64,000 nucleotides of DNA from Dehalococcoidia bacterium (GTDB lineage Bacteria; Chloroflexota; Dehalococcoidia; UBA2979). Location: NCBI GenBank assembly GCA_965248675.1, contig CBDFJZ010000008.1:774855-838854 (forward strand), read 5' to 3'. This document shows, in pieces, positions 55,064 to 64,000 of this stretch. The position numbers and the translations under genes are program-made. A model generated the notes under the pieces. It was not told where the DNA came from and did no database searches. It saw nothing but the letters and a program-made list of their open reading frames with translations. Numbering within the stretch: position 1 is the stretch's first letter; the number at the start of each line of letters is the position of its first letter.

Positions 55064-56340
55064 CTACTCCATCACTCGCAGCGTCGAGGGGATGTCCATG
55101 TTGCGGAGCTTGCGGATGGTGAGCAGCGGTGCGGCGGCGACGGCGAGGATGCCGAGAGCGAGCACGATGGCGAGTGAGCTGTAGGAGAGCGTCGCCTCGA
55201 GGCGGATGTCGGGGAGCGTGCGAGGGAAGAGCACGTCGACGGTCCAGGTCAGCAGGGCGAAGCCGCCGAGCAGGCCGAGGAGGGTTCCGATCAGGCCGAT
55301 CACGAGGCTCTCCACGACCGACATGCGGAGGATCGTGCGGACGGGGATCCCGAAGGCGAGCATCGTGGCGTTCTCGCGGGCGCGTTCGTCTTCGCTGATG
55401 CTCGCGGCGTTGAAGGCGATCAGGAGCGCGAGGAGGAGCGCGGCGCCCTCGATGATCTGGAACACTCCGGTGAACTGCGCCATCGCGTCGCGGATCGCGT
55501 CGGTGGTGGCGGTGACGCCCTGAACCGAGGCGACGCCGGGGAGGCCGAAGAGCGCGCGCTGAACGCTGCGCTCGTCCTCGCCACCGGTGGGGCGGGCGAC
55601 GATGCGGTTCGTCGCTCCGGCGAGGCCCATCAGATCGGCGTGCGCGAGGTCGATGTAGGCGAGGAAGCGGAACGGGTGGGGGTGGACGCCGACCACCGGC
55701 AGCTCGCTGTGGGCGACGACGAACGCGGCGGGGCCGGTGCGCAGCGGATGGCAGAGGACAACGGTCTGACCGGGCTTGACGCCGAGATCGGCGGCGGCGG
55801 CCGCGGAGAGGACGATGCCGCGCGTCGCGCGGTCGAGCGCGCCGTCGGTGATCGTCGGGCGCCAGAGCGTGCTCTCGAGGTCGACCAGATCGATGAAGAG
55901 ATCGATGTCGTGATCCGGGTGAGCGGTGACGAGGGTGCCGCCGACCTGGAGAACGGCTTCGGCCGCCTGGAGTTCAGGGGCGGCGAGGATCAGCGTGGCG
56001 GCGGTCGAGTCGGCGGGGTAGAAGGCATCGAGGGCGATCTCGAGGCGGTCGGACGTCTGAGCGAGCAGCTCCTCGTCGCTGCGATCGATCGTGCGAAAGA
56101 GCGAATCCAGGATGCCGACGATGCCGACGAGCACGGAGAGGACGGCGGCGGCACCGAGGATGGTGAGCAGCGCGCCGCGGTGAGCGGAGCAAGTTACGCA
56201 GCGGGAGACGAGCGAAGGTGCTGCCCGGCAGCCGGAGGCGCTGGGCGAAGGGCGTCAGCGCGTTTCCGCGAGCGGCGACATGGGTCGGCTTGATCGCGTC
56301 GATCGGGTTGACGCGGACGGCGCGGAGCACGACTCCCGGC
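55064..56340 (-). pseudogene. FtsX-family ABC-transporter permease remnant (second half of a double-FtsX permease; frameshifted, 5' half deleted)
   Basis: The 356-aa ORF has a large extracytoplasmic domain plus an FtsX TM bundle. The expected preceding segment FARLPLRNLLRSPRRAA is in another frame (shift near 56165). Further upstream, only the tail of a preceding FtsX domain (RAVRVNPIDAIKPT) remains. There is no adjacent ATPase gene. Confidence 0.55.
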
Positions 56341-56418
56341 GTCAGCCTCCGGCCTCGAGGCGTCAGGCGGCCCGTGTCGTCCCGCCCGTCCTGATGGGGC
56401 CATTCGGCCCGCGCGGGA

Positions 56419-56979
56419 TCAGGAGGGGAATGCGTCGCCGGCGATGATCGCCTCGATCTGGCGGAGGTGGGCGCCGTCGTGGATGCGCTGGAAAGCGAAC
56501 CACGCGCGAGCGGGCAGCTCGCCGAAGTACATGTGCAGGAAGGTGCGATCGAGATCCGCGTTCGCGGGGAGCCGCGCGGGCAGCGCCGCGAACGCGATCG
56601 AATCGTCGCGAAACGCGTCTCGGAGGGCGCTGAACGAACCACTGAACGCGGGTGCGACCTCGTGGGCGGTGACGTCGCCGGGGCTGTCGTACGGCGTGTC
56701 CGCACCGGGATCGCGGCCGGCGGTGAGCGCCTCGATGATCGCGATCACGCCGTCGGACGAGGGGAGCAGGTGGCGGATCGTCTCGGCGATCGACCACGCG
56801 TCGGGCGACGGCTTCCAGGCGGCTTGCTCCTCGGAAATTGCGGCAATCGCGTCGAGCAGGACGCCGCGGGCGGCGACGACCTCGGGCCAGAGTTCGGGCC
56901 AGCCAGCCTCGGCGCCACGGGCCAGGAGGCGGCCTCGGATCTCGTCTTGCCAGCCGCCAGGGCCGTCTCGTGTGGTCAT
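56419..56979 (-). CDS. DinB-family (DinB_2) protein
   Basis: 186 aa behind GAGGGG. WSIAETIRHLLPS and RIHDGAHLRQI supply the His triad typical of DinB-fold metalloproteins. Confidence 0.75.
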   Translation of the reverse strand: MTTRDGPGGWQDEIRGRLLARGAEAGWPELWPEVVAARGVLLDAIAAISEEQAAWKPSPDAWSIAETIRHLLPSSDGVIAIIEALTAGRDPGADTPYDSPGDVTAHEVAPAFSGSFSALRDAFRDDSIAFAALPARLPANADLDRTFLHMYFGELPARAWFAFQRIHDGAHLRQIEAIIAGDAFPS

Positions 56980-57051
56980 TGCCCCTCGATCTGGCGCCAG
57001 CGGACCCTATTCGTCAACTCTCGCTCGAATATTCAGTCTGAGCAGGGAGCG

Positions 57052-58008
57052 ATGTTAGGCCGTAGATCAAAGCAGGAACTCAGCCGGCCGATCGTTCGTC
57101 GTACTGTCGACAAGGTAGCTGGTGGAGCGACGGAGGGACCCGGCGTGAGCGTGGCCAAAGTGGGACAACCATTGTTTTCCAGACCGCGACTGGCGGCGGC
57201 GGGACGGCGCATCGTGCGCGTCGCCGGACCGACATTCTTCGTGCTCGCGATCGCGACGTTGGTCGTGCTCGCCGGCGCGGCGGGCTACCTCGCACGCGAT
57301 GACGAGGTCGACCGGCTGGACCGTCAGCTCACGGCGCTGACCGCGCAGGTGGGTGAGAACGACGATGCCGTCGACAGCGCGATCGCGCGCGTGGTCACAC
57401 TGAGCGAGGAAAACCAACGGCTGGCCACCGACCTGGACGCGAGCGACGATCTGGCGGGAGATCTCGCGGCTCGCCTGGCGAGCGTGGAAGCGGCGGTCCA
57501 GAGCACGGTCGACCTGGAGACGAGCCTCGAGGCGTTGGTCGACGAACGAGACCAGCTGCGAGACGACCTGTCCGGCCTCAACAGCGCGTTCAACGCGCAA
57601 ACGGACCGGCTGGACGAGCTGAAGTCGATCGAATCGTTCGGCCCGATCGGCAATCCGCTGCTGTTCGACGAAAACACCGACGCGTGGGTCACGCAGCCGG
57701 TGTGCACGGGAAGCATGGAGCCGACGATCGGCTGCGAGGATCTGCTGGTGGTCTACCGCCCGACGGTGACCGACCTCGACGTGGGCGACATCATCATCTT
57801 CCAGCGCCCGGGGCCACGTTGTGAGGGCTTCGTGGCGGGCTCGTTCCTGCTCCACCGCATCACGCGGGTCGTGAGCACGTCGACGGGAGAGCTCGCGTTC
57901 GAAACCAAGGGCGACGCGAACCCATTGCTCGATCCGTGCCGGGCGCCGGTGGGTACGGTGACCGGAAAAGTGCTGGCGGTGATTCAGAACTCGAGGATCC
58001 CCGGATAA
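57052..58008 (+). CDS. SipW/ER-type (S26) signal peptidase with N-terminal TM anchor and ~130-aa coiled-coil stalk
   Basis: 318 aa from ATG 57052 behind GGGAG. It has a TM segment FFVLAIATLVVLAGAAGYL, then a heptad-like acidic region (DRLDRQLTALTAQV...LDELKSIE). The catalytic domain follows: CTGSMEPTIGCEDLL, LLHRITRV, FETKGDANPLLD. Confidence 0.65.
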   Translation: MLGRRSKQELSRPIVRRTVDKVAGGATEGPGVSVAKVGQPLFSRPRLAAAGRRIVRVAGPTFFVLAIATLVVLAGAAGYLARDDEVDRLDRQLTALTAQVGENDDAVDSAIARVVTLSEENQRLATDLDASDDLAGDLAARLASVEAAVQSTVDLETSLEALVDERDQLRDDLSGLNSAFNAQTDRLDELKSIESFGPIGNPLLFDENTDAWVTQPVCTGSMEPTIGCEDLLVVYRPTVTDLDVGDIIIFQRPGPRCEGFVAGSFLLHRITRVVSTSTGELAFETKGDANPLLDPCRAPVGTVTGKVLAVIQNSRIPG

Positions 58009-58085
58009 CGTACGAACCGAGACATCAGACCGCCTATCCGCCACGCGACGACCGTCCGTTATGTCGTGATGGGCGATCTCAGATG

Positions 58086-58094
58086 TGGTATGAT
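58086..58094 (+). promoter_or_regulatory. candidate extended -10 element (TGGTATGAT) upstream of the sigma-factor gene
   Basis: TGnTATGAT lies in a locally AT-richer patch about 180 nt upstream of ATG 58277. There is no convincing -35. Confidence 0.3.
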
Positions 58095-58276
58095 TCTCTT
58101 ACGAACTACTGTCCTGCCCTGTTCCCATTCGGCGATCCACGGCGGATCTCCGCGCTTCGCCAGCCTGAGGTGAGCCGTTGCCTCGACGAGTTGCCGTCCG
58201 CTGGACGGCTGTTCAGCGTGGCGGCGACCGATCGCCTGACCGCCTGGGAGCTGGCCCGACGAGGGATTGAAGGAAC

Positions 58277-59665
58277 ATGACGCAGAAGACGTCTTTCGAC
58301 ACCGGTGGCGGTGAGCTGGAAGCACTGCTCGACCGACGGGCGCGCGATCAGGCGGTGATCGCCGAGGCGCGCAAGGTGGCCGAGCAGGCCGGGATCGACG
58401 ACCCGGTTCGGCAGTACCTGAACCGCATTGGCCAGGTGGCGCTGCTGACGGCTGCAGACGAACGGCGGCTGGCGCGGCACATGGAGGAGTGGATCCAGCT
58501 CGAGGCGACCGAGGACGAGCTGCGCGAGGCCGAAGGCCGCGCGCCGACGCCGGCCGAGGTGCTGGTGCAGTTCTTCCGCCAGTTTCGCCAAGAACGCGAC
58601 ACCTATCGCTCGGTGAGCCGCTTCCTGGCGCTCCCGCGTCAGTCGGTTCTCGATCGAATCCAGGACGAGACGTTCCGCAAGTGCGTCGATGTCGTGCTGG
58701 ACCCGGACGCGCAGGCCGCCCTGATGAAGGACATGGGCTGGGACGAGGTCCGCTCGAAGGAAGCGCTCTACCGGCTGTCGATCATCACCAACGTGATCCG
58801 GCCACAGCACATCGAGTGGGCGACGGAGATCGTCGGGTCGGAGGCGAAGGTCTTCTCGCCGCCGCCGGATCTCGCTGAGAAGCTTCAGAAGGCGCACGGT
58901 CCGACGCTCAACTTCTATTTCGAGAAGATGCGCTACGACGGCGAGCGCTCGAAGCGTCACCTGACCGAGGCGAACCTTCGTCTGGTGGTCGCGGTCGCGA
59001 AGAAGTACCTCGGCCGTGGCCTGTCGCTGCTGGATCTGATCCAGGAGGGGAACATCGGGCTGATGCGCGGGGTGGAGAAGTTCGACTACCGGCGCGGGTT
59101 CAAGTTCTCGACGTACGCGACGTGGTGGATTCGCCAGGGCATCACGCGCGCCCTCGCGGACCAGGCACGGACGATCCGCATCCCCGTGCACATGGTCGAG
59201 GTGATCAACAAGATGGTGCGCGTCTCGCGCCGGCTCCAGCAGGAGCTGGGCCGCGAGCCGACACCCGAGGAGATCGGCAAGGAGTTGGAGCTCCCGGCGC
59301 TGCGCGTGCAGGAGCTGCGCAAGATCGCGCAGGAAACGGTGTCGCTCGACACGCCAGTGGGCGAGGACGAGGACTCCAATCTGGCCGACTTCGTGCCGGA
59401 CGAGACGGCGGAGCTGCCGTTCGACCAGGCCTCGTACCAGCTGTTCCGGCAGCAGGTGGCGGACGTGCTGTCCTCGCTGACGCCGCGCGAGCGGCGGGTG
59501 CTGGAGTTGCGCTTCGGCCTCGAGGACGGCAAGGCGCGCACGCTCGAGGAGGTCGGCCGCGAGTTCAACGTGACGCGCGAGCGGATCAGGCAGATCGAGG
59601 GCAAGGCGCTGCGGAAGCTGCGCAGCCCGACGCGGTCGCGGCAGTTGCGGGACTACCTCTCGTAG
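58277..59665 (+). CDS. sigma-70 family RNA polymerase sigma factor, group 1/2 (RpoD/SigA-like) with a large insertion between regions 1.2 and 2
   Basis: 462 aa. Region 1.2 is [20 protein letters not shown]. Region 2 is [62 protein letters not shown]. Region 4.2 is [28 protein letters not shown]. Confidence 0.9.
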   Translation: MTQKTSFDTGGGELEALLDRRARDQAVIAEARKVAEQAGIDDPVRQYLNRIGQVALLTAADERRLARHMEEWIQLEATEDELREAEGRAPTPAEVLVQFFRQFRQERDTYRSVSRFLALPRQSVLDRIQDETFRKCVDVVLDPDAQAALMKDMGWDEVRSKEALYRLSIITNVIRPQHIEWATEIVGSEAKVFSPPPDLAEKLQKAHGPTLNFYFEKMRYDGERSKRHLTEANLRLVVAVAKKYLGRGLSLLDLIQEGNIGLMRGVEKFDYRRGFKFSTYATWWIRQGITRALADQARTIRIPVHMVEVINKMVRVSRRLQQELGREPTPEEIGKELELPALRVQELRKIAQETVSLDTPVGEDEDSNLADFVPDETAELPFDQASYQLFRQQVADVLSSLTPRERRVLELRFGLEDGKARTLEEVGREFNVTRERIRQIEGKALRKLRSPTRSRQLRDYLS

Positions 59666-59693
59666 CGAGCGGTTGCAGGCATCGAGATCAACG

Positions 59694-59722
59694 GGCCGCC
59701 TTCGGGCGGCCTGTTTCGTTTC
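59694..59722 (+). terminator. intrinsic terminator after the sigma-factor gene
   Basis: GGCCGCC-TTCG-GGCGGCC stem-loop followed by TGTTTCGTTTC, 29 nt after the stop. Confidence 0.6.
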
Positions 59723-59778
59723 GGGGGACGATCGTGCGACCTCGACGCCCTCGTTGGGGCGCGAGGCAAGGCACGAGG

Positions 59779-60006
59779 ATGGAGGCGACGGTGAAGTGGG
59801 AATACCGAGAGCACGTGATCGACAACGACGGCGACGGGTTCGACACGTTCTCGATTAAGTATCTGAACGAACTGGGCGAGGAGGGGTGGGAGCTGCTCCA
59901 CGTGAACAAACTGCAGGACGTGTCCAGCGCCAGCGAGGAGCTCGGAGGCGACCTGATTCGCACGAAGCGGGTCGTGCTCTGGTTCAAGCGGCCGAAGGAC
60001 GAGTAG
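59779..60006 (+). CDS. DUF4177-like small protein
   Basis: 75 aa (MEATVKWEYREHVIDNDGDGFDTFSIKYLNELGEEGWELLHV...). The WEY...LN..G..GWEL pattern is typical of DUF4177. Confidence 0.55.
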   Translation: MEATVKWEYREHVIDNDGDGFDTFSIKYLNELGEEGWELLHVNKLQDVSSASEELGGDLIRTKRVVLWFKRPKDE

Positions 60007-60079
60007 GGACCGCGCCGGAGCGTGCCCGGCTCCCTAGAGTGGGCGGGGCGATGGGGAACCGAGGCGAGGCGAGGTCAGC

Positions 60080-61115
60080 GTGGCAGATCGAGTTACGGCG
60101 CGGGACGCGATGGCGGGGGACCTCGAGGTGTGCGCGGGTCTCTTGACGAGCCGGCACGCGCGCGACCGACGGTTGATCTCGATGCTTCCGGAGGCGTACG
60201 AGAGCGCGGAGCGGTGCGCGGAGGTGCTGCAGACGCTGTTCGGAGAGCCGCTGGCGGACGGCGCGGTAGCCGAGGCCGGCGGCGAGGTGGTGGCGTTCAT
60301 GTTCGGGCAGCGGGCGCTGCACGCGGCCGATCACTGGCTCGCCCAGTGCTTCCCACCTCGGGTGGTGGGGATCCCGCTTCATGGGCACGCGGCGACCGAG
60401 GGGAGCGACGTGGGGGCGGCGTACCGGGCGCTGTACGGGCATCTCGCCGAGCGGTGGGTGGCCTCCGGGTTCTTCGATCACCGCGTCGATTTCGTCGCGG
60501 CGGATGAGGCGCAGCGCGAGCTGTGGTTCCAGCTCGGGTTCGGGGCGCTGACGACGTACGCCGGGCGCGAGACGGCGCCGATTCGAGTCGCGCGCCCTCG
60601 AGGATGGGATCGAGATCCGTCGGGCGACGCCCGAGGATCACGCGGAGGTCGAGCGCCTCGAATCGGTGAACGGGCGGTTCCACCACGCGGGGCCGGTGTT
60701 CTGGCCGTACCTGTGGGAGGACGTGCGCGAGTCGGCGGGCGGGTTGAGCAAGTACGCGCTAAGCCGCGACCGACATGCAATCTTCCTCGCGACGCGCGGC
60801 GCGGAGACGCTGGGAATGCAGATGTTGTTCTCGGGGATGGCGTTCGGATCGCCAACGGCGACGTCGGAGCGGGCGGCTTACCTCTTCCACGGGGTGGTCG
60901 ATCCGGATCTGCGGGGCGGGGGCGTCGGCAGCGCGTTGCTCGAACGGTCGCTGGACTGGGCGCGCGAGTCGGGGCACGACTCGATCACCCTGCACTACGC
61001 GTCGATGAACCCGGTGGCCAGTCCGTTCTGGAAGAGTCGCGGATTCGAGGCGATCGCGTACAGCGCCGGGCGACACATCGACGAGCGGGTGGCCTGGGCG
61101 CGCCCTCGGGACTGA
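60080..61115 (+). CDS. two-domain GNAT-family N-acetyltransferase interrupted by a frameshift between the domains (pseudogene or assembly error)
   Basis: Domain 1 starts at GTG 60080 (...AYRALYGHLAERWVASGFFDHRVDFVAADEAQRELWFQLGFG). Domain 2 is in another frame (LEDGIEIRRATPEDHAEVERL...VVDPDLRGGGVGSALL...FWKSRGFE). It has no start codon between the frame's TGA at 60549 and GTG 60666. Confidence 0.6.
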
Positions 61116-61258
61116 CGCGGGACGAGCGGGCGGCGCTCGAGAGGATCACGGACGCCGGCCGATACGACCGGTACCATGTGGGCCGCGGGGGTCGCCGTAC
61201 TGGGTGTATGTCCCGACGCTCGCGTGCCGAACACGACCCAGCGGAGGGACCTCAGACG

Positions 61259-62337
61259 ATGCAAGCAGCGGTGCTGCACGCAGCACAGACCCCACTTGAG
61301 ATGGCCGATCTGACGATCGATGACCCGGCGAGGCGCTGGTACGCGTGGTGAGCGCCGGCGTCTGTCATTCCGACCTGCACTTCACCGAGGGCACCTACCC
61401 CGGTCAGTACCCGATGGTGCTCGGTCACGAGGTGGCGGGCATCGTCGAGGAGGCAGGGCCAGGCGTCACGAGCGTCACCAAGGGCGACCGCGTGATCATG
61501 GGTTTCGTGCAGCCGTGCGGACACTGCGAGTACTGCGACTCCGGCCGCCCGAACCTGTGCAGCACGCGCACCACGGCGCGTGGACGAGACGAGCCGGCGC
61601 TGAAGCTGGGCGACCAGGCGGTGTCGCAGATGGCGAACGTCGGGGGGTTCGCGGAGCAGTCGGTGATGCCGGCCTCGGGGCTGCTCAAGATCCCGGACGA
61701 CGTGAGCCTCGACGTGGCGGCGCTGGTCGGCTGCTCGGTGATGACGGGCTATGGCGCCGTGGTAAACACGGCGAAGGTGGACCCGGGTTCGACGGTGGCG
61801 GTGATCGGCGCCGGCGGCGTCGGGCTGAACATCATCCAGGCGGCGCGGCTCGCCGGGGCGCGGCAGATCATCGCCGTCGACATGATCGAGCACAAGCTGA
61901 ACATCGCGAAGGGCTTCGGCGCGACGGACACGATCAACGCCGGCGAGACCGACCCGATCGAGGCGGTGAAGGAGCTGACCGGCGGCGGCGTGGACTACGG
62001 CTTCGAGGCGATCGGTCTCAAGGTGACGTCCGAGCAAGCGTACGTGATGGCGAAGCGCGGCGGCACCGCCGTGATCGTCGGGATGGTGCCGCCGATAGAC
62101 AAGATCGAGGTCTCGGGGATGATCTGGATGCAGGAGCAGACGCTGAAGGGCAGCTTCTACGGCTCGGCGCGCTTCCACACCGACATGCCGCGCATCCTGG
62201 AGCTGTACAAGCAGGGCAAGCTCGACATCGACGGCCTGGTGACGAAGCGCTGGGCGTTCGGCGAGATCAACGAGGCGTTCGACGCGCTGAAGAGCGGCGA
62301 AGTGGCGCGCTCGGTGCTGGCGATCGGCACCGAGTAG
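61259..62337 (+). CDS. zinc-dependent alcohol dehydrogenase (MDR family) interrupted by a 1-nt frameshift near 61327 (pseudogene or assembly error)
   Basis: ATG 61259 behind GGAGGGA gives MQAAVLHAAQTPLEMADLTIDDP. The frame then shifts to GEALVRVVSAGVCHSDLHF...GHEVAGIVEE...CGHCEYC...GAGGVGL. The observed gacccggcgag is one G short of gacccgggcgag. Confidence 0.75.
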
Positions 62338-62813
62338 CTCGCCTTGGAACTCGCGTGCGCAGCCCTGGCTAACGGCGAGGCCGCCTTCGGCCCGCGTCTC
62401 GGCACGGTGTAGATCCCACCCGCCCGCCCTGAGTTTTGTTGTAGGGGTTGCAGCACGCCTTCGCGCCCACTTCGCGGACCGGATCGGATTGGCGGGACGG
62501 GCAACGAATTGCGCGTCCTGTTCGATGGGTTCCACCGCCGGGACGCTTCGGACTCCGCTCCGGAAGAGGGGCCGCTCCGCTCAGCGCCGAGCACCTGAAG
62601 GTAGGCATCGCAGGCGGGGGCGTGGCTTCGAACGCGTCGCTGCGGCCCGCACCGCCCCGTGATCGCACGCTGTGGGGGGGGGCGACAGCTCGCGGTGAAC
62701 TCATCACCTGCTTCGGACTGACTCGCTCGCTTTCTCCGGGGCAAGGCGCGGTCCTGGCGGGCGTGCCTCAAGCGCCCCCATTCGCCCGCTGATCGACGCA
62801 GCGGGACACGCTA

Positions 62814-62841
62814 TTGACCCGGCGGCGCTAGCCGTCACAAT
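62814..62841 (+). promoter_or_regulatory. candidate sigma-70-type promoter (TTGACC - 16 nt - CACAAT) for the downstream LLM gene
   Basis: The -35-like TTGACC is at 62814-62819 and the -10-like CACAAT at 62836-62841, 25 nt before ATG 62867. GGAG lies in between. Confidence 0.35.
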
Positions 62842-62866
62842 CGGGCGGCACGAACGGAGACTCCCC

Positions 62867-63826
62867 ATGACCCTCACGAGGCCGACGGTTGGCGTTTCGA
62901 TTCAGGCGGTCGATGCACCGTCGTTTGTGGCACAGATTCAGCAGGCCGAGGACGCCGGGATTCCGGTGGCGTGGTCGACGATCGGCGGAGCGGGCGGCGC
63001 CGATCCGCTGACGGCGGCGGCAGTGGCGCTGACCTCGACGAGCTCGATCGACTACGGGACGGCGATCATCCCGACGTGGCCTCGACACGCGGTGGTGATC
63101 GCGCAGCAGGCGCAGGCGCTGGAGCAGTTGGCGCCGGGGCGGTTGCACCTCGGGCTGGGGCCGTCGCACGAGCCGATGATGGCGGCGAACTTCGGCGTCG
63201 ACTGGTCGGCGCCGCTGACGAACCTGCGGGAGTACCTGCAGGTGATCCGCTCGCTATTCGAGGAGGGGTCGGTGGACTTCGAGGGGCGGCACGTGACGGC
63301 GAAGGCACAGATGCGGTCGCCGGGCTCGCTGTCGCTGATGGCGTCGGCGTTGCGGCCGCGCTCGTTCGAGGCTTGCGGGGAGCTGGCGGATGGCGCGATC
63401 TCGTGGATGTGCCCGAAGCACTACCTGGTCAACGAGGCGCTGCCGGCGATCGCGCGGGGCGCCGCAACGGCGGGGCGCGATGCGCCGCCGCTGGTGGCCC
63501 ATGTGCCGATGCTGGTGACGGAAGATCGAGGAGACGTGCGGAAGCAGATCGACCAGCTCGGGCGCTACGCACAGGTTCCGTTCTACCAGGCAATGTTCGC
63601 GGCCGCCGGGTTCCCGGACGTGCAGAGCGGTTACTCGGACGAGCTGCTTGACGACCTCGTGGTGTCGGGCAGCGAGGTCGAGGTCGCGGAGCGGCTGGCC
63701 GGGTACATCGAGGACGGGGCCGGGCACGTGCTGGCGGCACCGCTGATCGAGGCCGACGAACGCGAGGCCTCGTTGGAGCGCGCACTCGCGGCGATCGCGC
63801 GGGCCGACGTGCTGGTGCGCGGCTAG
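62867..63826 (+). CDS. LLM-class oxidoreductase (possibly F420-dependent)
   Basis: 319 aa. AEDAGIPVAWST, IDYGTAIIPTWPRHAVVIAQQAQAL and GRLHLGLGPSH resemble the F420-dependent LLM subfamily. The cofactor cannot be assigned from sequence by eye. Confidence 0.8.
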   Translation: MTLTRPTVGVSIQAVDAPSFVAQIQQAEDAGIPVAWSTIGGAGGADPLTAAAVALTSTSSIDYGTAIIPTWPRHAVVIAQQAQALEQLAPGRLHLGLGPSHEPMMAANFGVDWSAPLTNLREYLQVIRSLFEEGSVDFEGRHVTAKAQMRSPGSLSLMASALRPRSFEACGELADGAISWMCPKHYLVNEALPAIARGAATAGRDAPPLVAHVPMLVTEDRGDVRKQIDQLGRYAQVPFYQAMFAAAGFPDVQSGYSDELLDDLVVSGSEVEVAERLAGYIEDGAGHVLAAPLIEADEREASLERALAAIARADVLVRG

Positions 63827-63829
63827 GCA

Positions 63830-64000
63830 GTGCGCATTCTCGTCGCGTACGACGGGAGTGATGGCGCGCAAGAGGCGTTGAAGGTCGCGGCGAACCTTGT
63901 CCGGGACTCCAACGGTGAGCTCGTGGTGTGCCATGTACTCGATCCGCGGATCGACGCGGCGGACGTTGTCGCGCCGTCGAGGGATGCGGCGATGCTGGAG
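63830..64000 (+). CDS. universal stress protein (UspA family), 3' part outside the window
   Basis: GTG 63830: VRILVAYDGSDGAQEALKVAANLVRDSNGELVVCHVLDP is the typical Usp N-terminal strand-loop. Confidence 0.6.
   Translation, partial: MRILVAYDGSDGAQEALKVAANLVRDSNGELVVCHVLDPRIDAADVVAPSRDAAMLE

Overview
This is a GC-rich bacterial chromosomal window. I recognised no rRNA, tRNA, CRISPR array, transposase or integrase. I call about 55 apparently intact protein genes and about 9 gene remnants.

Content is dominated by acyl-CoA (thioester) catabolism:
- a cytochrome P450
- two adjacent carboxyltransferase paralogues
- four family-III CoA-transferases, three of them unusual ~800-aa tandem double-module fusions
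- an acetyl-CoA hydrolase/transferase-family enzyme
- two acyl-CoA dehydrogenases and EtfBA
- a crotonase
- three luciferase-like (LLM) oxidoreductases
- two NMO-family flavoenzymes arranged as an inverted duplicate
- an AcoABC-like E1alpha/E1beta/E2 set
- a thiolase-fold protein lacking the nucleophilic Cys, with its DUF35 partner
- an HLD-II haloalkane dehalogenase

Interspersed non-catabolic modules:
- a kinase / divergent-enolase / SGNH-esterase operon
- an orphan CheW (acidic repeat tail) plus MCP pair
- an FHA-wHTH regulator next to a dead Ser/Thr-kinase-Kelch gene
- a HigB/HigA-like toxin-antitoxin cassette
- a SipW-type signal peptidase with a coiled-coil stalk
- an RpoD-like sigma factor

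Two zones (13.2-16.4 kb and 52-57 kb) are rich in truncated or frameshifted genes. The second also carries a small hairpin repeat family bracketing two secreted proteins of unknown function.

Best second-look candidates:
- the fused CoA-transferase / LLM / carboxyltransferase modules
- the MtnK-like kinase plus active-site-variant enolase operon
- the inverted NMO duplication around MBL-LtrA
- the Cys-less thiolase-DUF35 pair
- the repeat-bounded lipoprotein / acidic-protein cassette
- the coiled-coil SipW

None is proven novel from sequence alone. All family calls are by-eye motif recognition, with no database search. Lineage cannot be fixed; LLM/F420-like enzymes, DinB and strong Shine-Dalgarno sites fit Actinomycetota- or Chloroflexota-like genomes, which is inference only.
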